Source of the DNA: Macrostomum lignano
Taxonomy: Eukaryota
Assembly (NCBI GenBank): GCA_002269645.1
Contig: NIVC01000932.1
Location: forward strand, 62,001 to 126,000
Direction of reading: 5' to 3'
Length of the DNA: 64,000 nt
The notes beneath the pieces are model-generated. The model had not been told where the DNA came from and did no database searches. It was given only the letters and a program-made list of their open reading frames with translations. The translations under genes were made by a program, and so were the position numbers. Position 1 is the stretch's first letter, and every line of letters begins with the position of its first letter. This document shows positions 19,001 to 38,384 of the stretch, piece by piece.

Positions 19001-20196
19001 TGCAGACTGGGAGAGTCAGGCACACTGCTCAGCATCAAACAGCTCTGCAGACTGGGAGAGTCAGGCACACTGCTCAGCATCAAACAGCTCTGCAGACTGG
19101 GAGAGTCAGGCACACTGCTCAGCATCAAACAGCTCTGCAGACTGGGAGAGTCAGGCACACTGCTCAGCATCAAACAGCTCTGCAGACTGGGAGAGTCAGG
19201 CACACTGCTCAGCATCAAACAGCTCTGCAGACTGGGAGAGTCAGGCACACTGCTCAGCATCAAACAGCTCTGCAGACTGGGAGAGTCAGGCACACTGCTC
19301 AGCATCAAACAGCTCTGCAGACTGGGAGAGTCAGGCACACTGCTCAGCATCAAACAGCTCTGCAGACTGGGAGAGTCAGGCACACTGCTCAGCATCAAAC
19401 AGCTCTGCAGACTGGGAGAGTCAGGCACACTGCTCAGCATCAAACAGCTCTGCAGACTGGGAGAGTCAGGCACACTGCTCAGCATCAAACAGCTCTGCAG
19501 ACTGGGAGAGTCAGGCACACTGCTCAGCATCAAACAGCTCTGCAGACTGGGAGAGTCAGGCACACTGCTCAGCATCAAACAGCTCTGCAGACTGGGAGAG
19601 TCAGGCACACTGCTCAGCATCAAACAGCTCTGCAGACTGGGAGAGTCAGGCACACTGCTCAGCATCAAACAGCTCTGCAGACTGGGAGAGTCAGGCACAC
19701 TGCTCAGCATCAAACAGCTCTGCAGGCTGGGAGAGTCAGGCACATTGCTTAGCAACCAATGAGTGACAGCTCTGTAAGGCAGCTCAGCAGGTACATGCAG
19801 CAGTAATGTTATCCAAATATCGATCACTCACTCTCCGCCAATGCCAGTTCCTCAGAGTCCGGCAGCACGGCTGTGCTGTTGGGCAAGTCAATTTTGGCTG
19901 CACTCTTAGGATTCCCTGAAGCGATTAATTGACATGATCAGATGCATGCAAAACAACATTCGCTGCAGTTTAGTCTCAGTTTTAAAAATCGAACAAACAG
20001 TTTCCGGAGTTGTAAAAAATTCTGCTGCAATTATCTACCGCAAAAAATGATAGAAATTTCCTATCTCACATGCGTGAAATCTCCATTCGACTCTTCCAGC
20101 GGTTGCTGCCGCCGTTGCCAAAGCGATTCCAGAGGTCAGAACGATGGCTCCCAGAGCCAGTAGTGACCGCAGATCAGCGTTGCACTTGGCGAGCAT
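10015..20196 (-). CDS. Ionotropic glutamate receptor subunit (non-NMDA, AMPA/kainate/delta-type architecture), 15 exons, about 951 aa
   Basis: Phase-consistent exons: 20196-20070 (signal peptide), 19915-19832, 18331-18062, 17986-17742, 17609-17556, 17478-17368, 16576-16403, 16303-16211 (ATD exons, boundaries less certain), 15731-15493, 14655-14502 (S1: [28 protein letters not shown]), 14414-14135 (VDFTTPFM, M1, M2 SLMQQG), 13298-13084 (M3 [10 protein letters not shown]), 12397-12163 (S2 YAYILES...YAFAVP), 10690-10419 (M4 [11 protein letters not shown]), 10317-10015. Total 2856 nt. Confidence 0.93.
10744..12157. repeat. Homogeneous 13-bp tandem array (gggatctgggatc), about 108 copies
   Basis: Fills about 96% of iGluR intron 10691-12162 and starts right after the donor GTGAGT. 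Confidence 0.97.
12625..13093 (-). repeat. About 42-bp tandem array containing the iGluR donor (cttcatcaag|gtaaattggactgaggtgcgagcagtgtgcac), about 11 units
   Basis: Unit end matches the exon end CTTCTTCAAG|GTAAAT; the copy near 12706-12727 retains the exonic tgtacaacttcttcaag. Confidence 0.9.
13465..13812. repeat. (CTCTCC)n CT-rich microsatellite
   Basis: Directly visible, intronic. Confidence 0.9.
14719..15310. repeat. 43-bp minisatellite (gtcaagtagctgacttgtgttgaagagagagcgtgtactggaa), about 13 copies
   Basis: Directly visible; each unit junction forms a small AAGTCA..TGACTT inverted repeat. Confidence 0.95.
16605..17345. repeat. 41-bp minisatellite (catggcattgaatctatggttttgtgtctatggccttgcaa) interrupted by a SINE
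   Basis: Units at 16605-16678 and 17041-17345. Confidence 0.9.
16679..17040 (-). mobile_element. Full-length tRNA-derived SINE
   Basis: Minus-strand head GGCCGTAGCCCAGCGG (A-box-like) ... GGCTCGATTCC (B-box-like); AATAAAAAA tail; flanked by direct repeat tgcaacatggc (16668-16678 and 17041-17051); second copy at 6201-6440. Confidence 0.8.
18320..19752 (-). repeat. 45-bp tandem array containing the iGluR acceptor (tttgatgctgagcagtgtgcctgactctcccag|tctgcagagctg), about 32 copies
   Basis: The last copy supplies the frame-preserving 3' splice site at 18332/18331 and the first 12 exon bases. Confidence 0.9.
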
Positions 20197-20279
20197 ACTT
20201 CTCGCTTGTAAAAATAGTTTTAATCCAGAATCTGGTTTGGTAAACATGTTTAATTTGCTTTTTTTAGTAGATTCTAGAT

Positions 20280-20645
20280 TGTAGATTGCATGTAGTTTAA
20301 GTTAGTAGATACTAGATAGTAGATAGTAGAGAGAAGATTGTAGATTATAGATAGTTAATACTAGTTAGTGGATAGTAGTTAGTAAATAGTAGATGGTAAA
20401 TAGTAGATAGAGTAGTAGATAGATAGAGTAGATAGTGGAGTAGTATGAATAGTAGTAGTAGATAGTAGAGAATAGTTAATAGATAGTAGTTAGTAGATAG
20501 TAGATAGTAGATAGTAGAGAGTAGATGGTAGATTGTAGATTGTAGAGAGCAGATAGTAGAGAGTAGTTAATGCGAGTAGTTAATAGATAGTAGTTAGTAG
20601 ATAGTAGTTAGTAGATAGTAGTTAATAGATAGTAGATACTAGAAT
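20280..20645. repeat. Degenerate TAG/GATA low-complexity tract
   Basis: Directly visible upstream of the iGluR start. Confidence 0.8.
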
Positions 20646-21179
20646 GTGAGATGCGGTGAAGGCAGAACAGTGGGAGAAGTTGGTCAAAAGTGATTCAACT
20701 GCAGCTTGGCAGTCAGCCCCATGAGAACCCCGTGGCTCGTGTACTCACAGCTTGCAGAGGCGATCGGCCAGCAGGGGACTACAGCACAAAGATTTAATGA
20801 ATTCCCATGGTGCAAACTCCAAGTCAAGCCTCTGCATTTAAAGCTGCGTTAAATTTTTTGGGGAGGGGGATGGGGTGGAAACTGGTGGAGTGGCTGAGTT
20901 GGCAGGGGCTCATGCTGGCCTATCCTGCTCAAACTGCAAACCAGTTTTATTCAACTTTATTTGCCTGCCCAAGCAGAAATATTTGCGAGAGGCTGCATGA
21001 TGCTTCTCAAAATTATTTCATCTCTTCTCTCCTCTATAACAGCCGAGTTGCTGGCAATGGCAGTGACTGATGGACGCCACCAAGTGGAACTTTGCGGAAT
21101 TTAATTTGGAGTTTTTTCCGCTGACAGATTAATACTTTGTGCAAAACTTCAGAGCAGTTTTGTGTGCAATGGAATGAAA

Positions 21180-22198
<1,019 letters not shown>

Positions 22199-23001
22199 AG
22201 TATAACGAAAGCGTTCAGACAATACTTGCGTAAATCGACTAACCCTAACCCCGAACTTGAGTCCCAAACAGGACATTATCTGTGATTAGAGGGAGATAAA
22301 GAAGCGTAAAAATGCATTCTTTTCTACATTAATCGTCAAGTCAGCACGATTGTCGAAATGCTGTGACTCATTGGGGAATCGCTGAAATATCAAGGCTCAA
22401 AGGAGTTGCTCAAGAAGTTGCTTTCTTTGCTGCCTTCCCAAGGGGGGGGCAAAGATTGCTAGTCAGCACGAAATGCGAAAACTTTGTAGTTTGAAATTTT
22501 GGGCATGTGAATTTCGAGCTTTAGAAATTTTAGGTTGGCGAAATCCCCACATGTTTCATTTAGTAAGCAGTATAGCTTATTTATTAAATAGAAAGATCAT
22601 GTATATGTGTGCACTATATGCTGATACTGGCATGAATAAAACCGGCATGCCAGGCATTCAGCAATTGTTCAGAGACTCGAGCTATTATAGTCTTGTACGC
22701 GTGTACTCTCTACTTACTATTTCAACTCGAACTCCTCAACTACACAAGGGAGACTTCTTTACAAAATTCAGCGCTCGATCGATTAGCGATCTGTTGAAAA
22801 GCGTCGTTTAGTCAGTCTATCATTCAGCGAGTATGCAGAGCTCAAAAACACTGTCCATAGCTTGAGAGTTGATTCAGTCAGGCAGTAAAGAATGGAGTAA
22901 AAAACTAATGGGGTTTTTATAAATGGCTACGAAGAAGCCTTACTGAGAAGCTCAGGCTAGTGGCAAGTTATTATACATGTAGAAACTAAGTGTCTGGAAG
23001 G

Positions 23002-23905
23002 ACAACCAACTGCACAGACAACCAACTGCACAGACAACCAACTGCACAGACAACCAACTGCACAGACAACCAACTGCACAGACAACCAACTGCACAGACA
23101 ACCAACTGCACAGACAACCAACTGCACAGACAACCAACTGCACAGACAACCAACTGCACAGACAACCAACTGCACAGACAACCAACTGCACAGACAACCA
23201 ACTGCACAGACAACCAACTGCACAGACAACCAACTGCACAGACAACCAACTGCACAGACAACCAACTGCACAGACAACCAACTGCACAGACAACCAACTG
23301 CACAGACAACCAACTGCACAGACAACCAACTGCACAGACAACCAACTGCACAGACAACCAACTGCACAGACAACCAACTGCACAGACAACCAACTGCACA
23401 GACAACCAACTGCACAGACAACCAACTGCACAGACAACCAACTGCACAGACAACCAACTGCACAGACAACCAACTGCACAGACAACCAACTGCACAGACA
23501 ACCAACTGCACAGACAACCAACTGCACAGACAACCAACTGCACAGACAACCAACTGCACAGACAATCAACTGCACAGACAACCAACTGCACAGACAACCA
23601 ACTGCACAGACAACCAACTGCACAGACAACCAACTGCACAGACAACCAACTGCACAGACAATCAACTGCACAGACAACCAACTGCACAGACAACCAACTG
23701 CACAGACAACCAACTGCACAGACAACCAACTGCACAGACAATCAACTGCACAGACAACCAACTGCACAGACAACCAACTGCACAGACAATCAACTGCACA
23801 GACAACCAACTGCACAGACAATCAACTGCACAGACAACCAACTGCACAGACAACCAACTGCACAGACAACCAACTGCACAGACAACCAACTGCACAGACA
23901 ACCAC
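23002..23905. repeat. 16-bp tandem array (cagacaaccaactgca), about 56 copies
   Basis: Directly visible; ends about 20 bp before the ATG at 23927. Confidence 0.95.
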
Positions 23906-23926
23906 CTGAAAGAGAAGTCAGCATCA

Positions 23927-24415
23927 ATGCCGGTGCCAAGAAGCTTCATCACCTCTCACATATGGCTGAGCCGACACAAACGCGACCAGCTCAGCCCCGG
24001 CCTGGACTTGCGGCTGTCGGCTGCAGCTATCAGCCTGGGCATCTGCCTGTTCGCCATGTTCTGCGGTGGTCTCTTCGTGGTGCTGGCGGCTGCGGACCGC
24101 AACGGCAACGGTTTCAGCGTGGTGGAGGTGAATTTGCAAGCGGTGCGAGTGGCAGGTTACTGCCTGCTCGGCGGAGGCAGCGCTGGCGCAATCTTCTTCG
24201 GGCTGAGCTGGATGGCGCTGGTTCGAATGGCGCACTGCCAAATCCGCGACCAGGAGCATGAGATGGCCAGGAATTGTTATAAGTTTCCAGAAAACCACAA
24301 CCGAAACGGCGTTACCATGGATGCAGTGGTTGCCAATAGCGCTATTTGGCACGGGAATGGTGAGCAAAGGACTCAACAGCTCCCCCCGGTCAGTGAGGAA
24401 CGGTTGGTGCTTTGA
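23927..24415 (+). CDS. Orphan small membrane protein with two predicted TM helices, 162 aa, single coding exon
   Basis: ATG-initiated ORF with GC-rich third positions like neighbouring exons; hydrophobic segments AAAISLGICLFAMFCGGLFVVLAA and VAGYCLLGGGSAGAIFFGLSWMALV. Confidence 0.65.
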   Translation: MPVPRSFITSHIWLSRHKRDQLSPGLDLRLSAAAISLGICLFAMFCGGLFVVLAAADRNGNGFSVVEVNLQAVRVAGYCLLGGGSAGAIFFGLSWMALVRMAHCQIRDQEHEMARNCYKFPENHNRNGVTMDAVVANSAIWHGNGEQRTQQLPPVSEERLVL

Positions 24416-24808
24416 GGGCTGGTTAAAAATGTGTACGAGACTTATATTATGTATGATACGAGATTAGTTATCTTGTAACGGCCCTGTAATTGTCTCTGTT
24501 TCGTTCCATTCTGTTGCCTCACTGTCAATAGCTTAGAATTATCTCATCTTCTCTGCTCAAATTTATTAACGTGTAAATATATTGAACTTATTGTGGCTTT
24601 ACCTTTCTTGAAGAAAATTTTTTTAGCGCGAATGTTGATCCCAGCCCCTTCGAATGAGCCTCCTCCCGTTTTATCACGAAACACACACCGCATTCTTCGA
24701 AGCGCGACAATTCAGAGGCGCAATCAATGGTTTATTCAGCGCACGTGGTTAATATTCAGTGTGACATGATGGATAGATTTGCTCTACTCAAGTAGCAGTA
24801 TCGACTTG

Positions 24809-30754
<5,946 letters not shown>

Positions 30755-31311
30755 TGATTCGGTCGGGAAGACAGCTGAGGCCGCTTATCAACTCAAATGT
30801 TTGCCCGCGCGTGACTTCCTGTTGGTCTCCCGAACTCTGATTCTCCTTCGATCCCAGTCCCCTCCCTTCACGTTCTCGTCTCGCGGATGATGAATGGAAT
30901 TCCCTGGGGTGGCAGAGGCCATTGGGGGGGATTGCTCACCGGTCTGGTTGCTGCTTGGGAGCTCGCGGAAGCACCAGAGAATGCTCAGCAGGATTAGGCA
31001 CCGCCGCCTCTGCTGCCGTAGCTGCCGAGATGGCAGCCTCTTTGGGGCCTGCGATGCAGAAGAGTACAGGGGGGGGCGAGAATCGATTTTTTGTCCTGTG
31101 ATAATTGGTTAATTTTCCTTCGGTGGTCAACAGCTGCTCCCAGTGTGCACTGAGAGCAGGTATTCAATTCTGATTTCTGTGCGCCAAGTCTAACCAACGC
31201 GAGCGTGTTGTTTGGGACAGCTTCTTCTCTGACTCATAATTGGGCCACTTTGAGCAATTAACGCCCTTGAGGGCTAATTGTAGCCTGACTAGCTGGGGAG
31301 GGTCGGGTCCA

Positions 31312-32240
31312 TCACGGGAGGGTCTATCACGGGAGGGTCTATCACGGGAGGGTCTATCGCGGGAGGGTCTATCACGGGAGGGTCTATCTCGGGAGGGTCT
31401 ATCACGGGAGGGTCTATCACGGGAGGGTCTATCATGGGAGGGTCTATCACGGGAGGGTCTATCACGGGAGGGTCTATCATGGGAGGGTCTATCACGGGAG
31501 GGTCTATCATGGGAGGGTCTATCACGGGAGGGTCTATCACGGGAGGGTCTATCATGGGAGGGTCTATCACGGGAGGGTCTATCACGGGAGGGTGTATCAT
31601 TGGAGGGTCTATCATGGGAGGGTCTATCACGGGAGGGTCTATCACGGGAGGGTCTATCACAGGAGGGTCTATCATGGGAGGGTCTATCACAGGATGGTCT
31701 ATCACGGGAGGGTCGATCACGGGAGGGTCGATCACGGGAGGGTCTATCATGGGAGGGTCTATCATGGGAGGGTCTATCACGGGAGGGTCTATCATGGGAG
31801 GGTCTATCACGGGAGGGTCTATCACGGGAGGGTCTATCACGGGAGGGTCTATCACGGGAGGGTCTATCACGGGAGGGTCTATCACGGGAGGGTCTATCAC
31901 GGGAGGGTCTATCACGGGAGGGTCTATCACGGGAGGGTCTATCACGGGAGGGTCTATCATGGGAGGGTCTATCACGGGAGGGTGTATCATTGGAGGGTCT
32001 ATCACGGGAGGGTCTATCACGGGAGGGTCTATCACGGGAGGGTCTATCACGGGAGGGTCTATCATGGGAGGGTCTATCACGGGAGGGTCTATCACGGGAG
32101 GGTCTATCACGGGAGGGTCTATCACGGGAGGGTCTATCATGGGAGGGTCTATCATGGGAGGGTCTATCACGGGAGGGTCTATCACGGGAGGGTCTATCAC
32201 GGGAGGGTCTATCACGGGAGGGTCTATCACGGGAGGGTCT
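31312..32240. repeat. 15-bp minisatellite (gggagggtctatcac), about 62 copies
   Basis: Directly visible. Confidence 0.95.
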
Positions 32241-32269
32241 TTCAAAATAGTCACTATTGATTGACGTGT

Positions 32270-32602
32270 AATAATAATAATAATAATAATAATTTATTAC
32301 ACCTACCCTAATGGCCAGATGTGCAACCGACAGCTCAGCCGCAGCTATTGCGCGGCGCATCTGAAGGCTGCGTACGGCTGTTCAGTCCAAGGACTGGGGG
32401 TCGCCACACACACTCTCAATTACCCCCCAGCTAATGCTGGCACCCATTTTACAGCTGGGTGATCTGAAGCAATGCAGAGTTTAAAAGTGTCTTGCTTAAG
32501 GACACAAATTGTTCTCAGTGGAATCGGGAATCGAACCCCGACCTTCAAGTCGTGAGTCCGACACTCTAACTAATAGGCTACAACCTAGTGTGCTTAGCCT
32601 AG
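32270..32602 (-). mobile_element. tRNA-derived SINE with a conserved central domain (V/Deu/Meta-type) and (TTA)n tail
   Basis: Minus strand: tRNA-like head with B box GGGTTCGATTCCC, then gtgtccttaagcaagacact...cacccagctgtaaaatggg, then AATAAA+(TTA)n; flanked by direct repeat ttgacgtgt (32261-32269 and 32603-32611). Confidence 0.8.
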
Positions 32603-33074
32603 TTGACGTGTTGACGTGTACTCACAGCTGACTCGAACAGGGCCACTCTAAATACGAATAATGGAAACCGGGGAGTTCTCTGCAGGATTTTCGGTCTGCG
32701 GCCCGCCCCATCTCTGATTGAATTTCCCCACTGTGGGTCCAGCCTGCCGGAATCTGCATTGCAAATGACGCCCCGGCGCAGTCTCCTAAGATGGAGCTAT
32801 GCATGCAGAGATTGGAGAGGAGAGAAAATATTTTCATATTTTGACCGACAGCTAGTTGTTTGCCTATTTTAAGAAAATTTATTGGCCTGCGAAAGCCACT
32901 GTACTTAAGTTAACATTTCCACTTTCTTGTGAGGCTATGATATCAGCGAGAGTAATCGCGTATCCGTTGGAACAGGTAAATATAATTGTGAAATCAAACT
33001 CTGCGATCGGGTTTCGCGTAAACATAGAGATCGGATGAAGAAGGTGACGCCAAAGAGATAGAGAGAAATATATG

Positions 33075-33782
33075 AGACAGAGAGGGGACAGAGGGGACAT
33101 AGAGGGGACAGAGGGGACAGAGGGGACATAGAGGGGACAGAGGGGACAGAGGGGACATAGAGGGGACAGAGGGGACAGAGGGGACATAGGGGACAGAGAG
33201 GGGACAGAGAGGGGACAGATAGGGGACAGAGAGGGGACAGAGGGGACAGAGAGGGGGACAGAGGGGACAGAGAGGGGACAGAGAGGGACAGAGGGGACAG
33301 AGAGGGGGACAGAGGGGACAGAGAGGGGACAGAGAGGGACAGAGGGGACAGAGAGGGGGACAGAGGGGACAGAGGGGACAGAGGGGACAGAGAGGGGACA
33401 GAGAGGGGACAGAGGGGACAGAGAGGGGACAGAGGGGACAGAGGGGACAGAGAGGGGACAGAGAGGGGACATAGGGGACAGAGGGGACAGAGAGGGGGAC
33501 AGAGGGGACAGAGGGGACAGAGGGGACAGAGAGGGACAGAGAGGGGACAGAGGGGACAGAGAGGGGACAGAGGGGACAGAGGGGACAGAGAGGGGACAGA
33601 GAGGGGACATAGGGGACAGAGGGGACATAGAGGGGACAGAGGGGACAGAGAGGAGACAGAGAGGGGGACAGAGGGGACAGAGAGGGGACAGAGAGGGAAC
33701 AGAGAGGGAACAGAGAGGGGGACAGACAGGGGACAGAGAGGGGGACAGAGGGAACAGACAGGGGACAGAGGGGGAACAGAGA
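33075..33782. repeat. 10/12-bp purine-rich repeat (agaggggacag)
   Basis: Directly visible. Confidence 0.92.
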
Positions 33783-34271
33783 TCACCCGCATAGAGAGAG
33801 ATGGATCTGTAGCTCGTAGTGTTTAGAGCAGTGCTCAAATCGGGCACTCACCCATGTCGCTAGGGCCCAGTGCAATAAAGGTCTCCATATCGGGCAGCAG
33901 GCCGCTTTCGTTTATACGCTTTAAAAATAATAATTTCTGCCTCAATTCTATTGCAGGATAATTTGATTCCAGTTGGTATGCCTGACAGCTGCTTGTTGAA
34001 AACACAGCTGACCCTGCCTCACCCGCTCCCTTCTCGTTTGGTTAAGGCGGGACAGCATTTATCTGCATCAAAGCCGGGCCCCAGCTTCCTCCATCTCAAT
34101 CAGCGATGGCCTCAGCCGGAGTGGGGCAGCGAAAAGGGAGAGGACGGACGGGACGCCAGCCAATCCCAAACCGTATGGGGCTCTTATTTTGGGATGCGTG
34201 AAATCCAGCGATTTTAGTGTGCAAATACTGCCTACCGCACACAACTGAGTATACTGGATGGCTCTACTTGC

Positions 34272-34447
34272 AGTGTAGCTGTCACTCCATCTATCCTGTA
34301 GCTGTCACCCCATCTATTCTGCAGCTGTCACTCCATCTATCCTGCAGCTGTCACTCCATCTAATCTGTAGCTGTCACTCCATCTATCCTGTAGCTGTCAC
34401 TCCATCTATCCTGTAGCTGTCACTCCATCTATCCTGCAGCTGTCACC
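34272..34447. repeat. 23-bp minisatellite (gctgtcactccatctatcctgta)
   Basis: About 7 copies visible. Confidence 0.9.
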
Positions 34448-35359
34448 CGCTTCGGTAGCAGCTCTTCCTTATCGCACTCGTTCGCAGCTCATTTTCTCCC
34501 TCCACAGCCCGGGTCGATTGCCTGAATAAAAAAGAGAAATTGAAAAAGCGTAGGAAAGGCGGGCGGCCTCTCTTCCCAGAACTTTTTTGCACAGAAAATC
34601 AAACGAAAAGATTTTGAAGAGCTGATGTGCCTGAGGAGAGAGAGAGGGTGAGAGATGGAGGCAAGGAAAAGAAGGAGGGCTTGAGCAGAAATCGCCAAGG
34701 ACCTCCACATCATTCCTAATCGAACCGAAGAAGTACTTGGCTTGGAACAGGCTCATGTTTAAGAAGGACACTTTGGTGCGGAAAAGCGGGATTACAGCCT
34801 GCCAGCAAGACAGCTGGCTTAGAAAAAATCGCTCTCTGACACGAAGACCAAAAAGAATATGATAGATAAAGTCAGTAGCGGGTGATAAACTTTTAGAAGG
34901 GATTTATTTTTTATGCAGAGTTCCCTCCCCTGAATCTTAGCTGCCGGTTTTTGACCCTGAACTGACTGGGACGCAATGTGCGTGCAGTGGCAATCCAACT
35001 AACAACCTAATTTACGTACTGCGCTGGTAATATCAGATAGTATTGGGGCTGACCCACATGTACGAATGGACACTATAGCAATATCCCCATACTGCACTTC
35101 CAGTATAGCAGCGCAGGGATAAGCCCTAGCGCTGGGAAGTAATTTGATTGCGAGATGGAAGAGGCGGGGATGTAAGGAGAAATACGGGGGAAGGAGTGTG
35201 GAGTGTGTGTGCGTGGGTGTGTGACCGGAGGAGACCACCGAGAAGACAGAAGAGTCTGAGAAACATAAACCACAATAAAAAATAAAAGTCTTTACCAGAA
35301 ACAGAGGATGAGATAAAAGTCCGAATTAGAGAGAAACAGACAAAATTTGAGAATAGACA

Positions 35360-37978
35360 CGAGAGTGAGAGACAGACAGACAGGAAAGAGTGGTAGACAG
35401 ACAGGAAAGAGTGAGAAGCAGACAGGAAAGAGTGAGAGACAGACAGGAAAGAGTGAGAAGCAGACAGGAAAGAGTGAGAGACAGACAGGAAAGAGTGGTA
35501 GACAGACAGGAAAGAGTGAGAAGCAGACAAGAAAGAGTGAGAGACAGACAGGAAAGAGTGAGAAGCAGACAAGAAAGAGTGAGAGACAGACAGGAAAGAG
35601 TGAGAGACAGACAGGAAAGAGTGAGAGACAGACAGGAAAGAGTGGTAGACAGACAGGAAAGAGTGGTAGACAGACAGGAAAGAGTGGTAGACAGACAGGA
35701 AAGAGTGAGAGACAGACAGGAAAGAGTGGTAGACAGACAGGAAAGAGTGAGAGACAGACAGGAAAGAGTGAGAGACAGACAGGAAAGAGTGGTAGACAGA
35801 CAGGAAAGAGTGGTAGACAGACAGGAAAGAGTGAGAAGCAGACAGGAAAGAGTGAGAGACAGACAGGAAAGAGTGGTAGACAGACAGGAAAGAGTGAGAA
35901 GCAGACAAGAAAGAGTGAGAGACAGACAGGAAAGAGTGAGAAGCAGACAAGAAAGAGTGAGAGACAGACAGGAAAGAGTGAGAGACAGACAGGAAAGAGT
36001 GAGAGACAGACAGGAAAGAGTGGTAGACAGACAGGAAAGAGTGAGAGACAGACAGGAAAGAGTGAGAGACAGACAGGAAAGAGTGGTAGACAGACAGGAA
36101 AGAGTGAGAAGCAGACAAGAAAGAGTGGTAGACAGACAGGAAAGAGTGGTAGACAGACAGGAAAGAGTGGTAGACAGACAGGAAAGAGTGGTAGACAGAC
36201 AGGAAAGAGTGAGAGACAGACAGGAAAGAGTGGTAGACAGACAGGAAAGAGTGAGAGACAGACAGGAAAGAGTGGTAGACAGACAGGAAAGAGTGGTAGA
36301 CAGACAGGAAAGAGTGAGAAGCAGACGGGAAAGAGTGGTAGACAGACAGGAAAGAGTGAGAGACAGACAGGAAAGAGTGAGAGACAGACAGGAAAGAGTG
36401 AGAAGCAGACAAGAAAGAGTGGTAGACAGACAGGAAAGAGTGAGAGACAGACAGGAAAGAGTGGTAGACAGACAGGAAAGAGTGAGAAGCAGACGGGAAA
36501 GAGTGGTAGACAGACAGGAAAGAGTGAGAGACAGACAGGAAAGAGTGGTAGACAGACAGGAAAGAGTGAGAAGCAGACGGGAAAGAGTGGTAGACAGACA
36601 GGAAAGAGTGAGAGACAGACAGGAAAGAGTGAGAAGCAGACAAGAAAGAGTGGTAGACAGACAGGAAAGAGTGAGAAGCAGACGGGAAAGAGTGGTAGAC
36701 AGACAGGAAAGAGTGAGAAGCAGACAGGAAAGAGTGAGAGACAGACAGGAAAGAGTGAGAAGCAGACAAGAAAGAGTGAGAGACAGACAGGAAAGAGTGA
36801 GAAGCAGACAAGAAAGAGTGAGAGACAGACAGGAAAGAGTGAGAGACAGACAGGAAAGAGTGAGAGACAGACAGGAAAGAGTGGTAGACAGACAGGAAAG
36901 AGTGGTAGACAGACAGGAAAGAGTGGTAGACAGACAGGAAAGAGTGAGAGACAGACAGGAAAGAGTGGTAGACAGACAGGAAAGAGTGAGAGACAGACAG
37001 GAAAGAGTGAGAGACAGACAGGAAAGAGTGGTAGACAGACAGGAAAGAGTGGTAGACAGACAGGAAAGAGTGAGAAGCAGACAGGAAAGAGTGAGAGACA
37101 GACAGGAAAGAGTGGTAGACAGACAGGAAAGAGTGAGAAGCAGACAAGAAAGAGTGAGAGACAGACAGGAAAGAGTGAGAAGCAGACAAGAAAGAGTGAG
37201 AGACAGACAGGAAAGAGTGAGAGACAGACAGGAAAGAGTGAGAGACAGACAGGAAAGAGTGGTAGACAGACAGGAAAGAGTGAGAGACAGACAGGAAAGA
37301 GTGAGAGACAGACAGGAAAGAGTGGTAGACAGACAGGAAAGAGTGAGAAGCAGACAAGAAAGAGTGGTAGACAGACAGGAAAGAGTGGTAGACAGACAGG
37401 AAAGAGTGGTAGACAGACAGGAAAGAGTGGTAGACAGACAGGAAAGAGTGAGAGACAGACAGGAAAGAGTGGTAGACAGACAGGAAAGAGTGAGAGACAG
37501 ACAGGAAAGAGTGGTAGACAGACAGGAAAGAGTGGTAGACAGACAGGAAAGAGTGAGAAGCAGACGGGAAAGAGTGGTAGACAGACAGGAAAGAGTGAGA
37601 GACAGACAGGAAAGAGTGAGAGACAGACAGGAAAGAGTGAGAAGCAGACAAGAAAGAGTGGTAGACAGACAGGAAAGAGTGAGAGACAGACAGGAAAGAG
37701 TGGTAGACAGACAGGAAAGAGTGAGAAGCAGACGGGAAAGAGTGGTAGACAGACAGGAAAGAGTGAGAAGCAGACGGGAAAGAGTGGTAGACAGACAGGA
37801 AAGAGTGAGAGACAGACAGGAAAGAGTGAGAGACAGACAGGAAAGAGTGAGAAGCAGACAAGAAAGAGTGGTAGACAGACAGGAAAGAGTGAGAAGCAGA
37901 CGGGAAAGAGTGGTAGACAGACAGGAAAGAGTGAGAGACAGACAGGAAAGAGTGAGAGACAGACAGGAAAGAGTGGGA
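35360..37978. repeat. 21-bp minisatellite (gagagacagacaggaaagagt and variants), about 125 copies, with higher-order structure
   Basis: Three main variants; the variant order recurs at an offset of 1239 bp (35518 vs 36757). Confidence 0.95.
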
Positions 37979-38384
37979 AGCATGCAGACAGGAAAAGTCA
38001 ATGCATTGATGCCGAATAGGGAGTCTGACTTGCAAGAATTTTTTACAGTAATGATAAATCTTCGAGAGAAAAGGCAACAAAGAAGAATTTCAATCTATCG
38101 TTAACGTTTTATCGTTCTACAGTCTAAATTATTTGCATCGATTTGCTTGCCACATTTGGAGAAGACAAATTGCCCCGACCGAATTTGGGCCGCACTGTAA
38201 GACTGGTGCGGGTCGTAAATCATTCCAACTCTCCCAGAGGCAGCCACATGGAAGAGAATGGTTCTTTTATGAGACATGACGCATTTCGTAGGCAGGCGAT
38301 AAAAAGCACGGCTTTGGCTTGTTCTGTTAGTTCCATATGGTCCTCGACCTCTTGCCTGGGTTTTCAAAAAAGAGATGATAGGTG

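Noticed and set aside
14719-19752. Regular 41-45 bp repeats superficially like CRISPR arrays
   Set aside because: Units are head-to-tail with no unique spacers, there are no cas genes, and the context is eukaryotic introns.
32305-32362. Candidate CaMKK 5' exon MRRAIAAAELSVAHLAIR|GTAGGT
   Set aside because: It lies within the 3' part of the SINE at 32270-32602.
34450-34525. In-frame TGA as possible selenocysteine (GGRK*AANEC)
   Set aside because: No selenoprotein-like context or SECIS seen, and the frame itself is unsupported.
35126-38104. Very long ORFs (890-984 aa), and similar ones at 1572-2906, 7036-8116, 10657-12313, 18118-19827, 22952-24261, 27661-29114 and 31164-32360
   Set aside because: Stop-free translations of tandem repeats, open in several frames and on both strands; no evidence of coding function.
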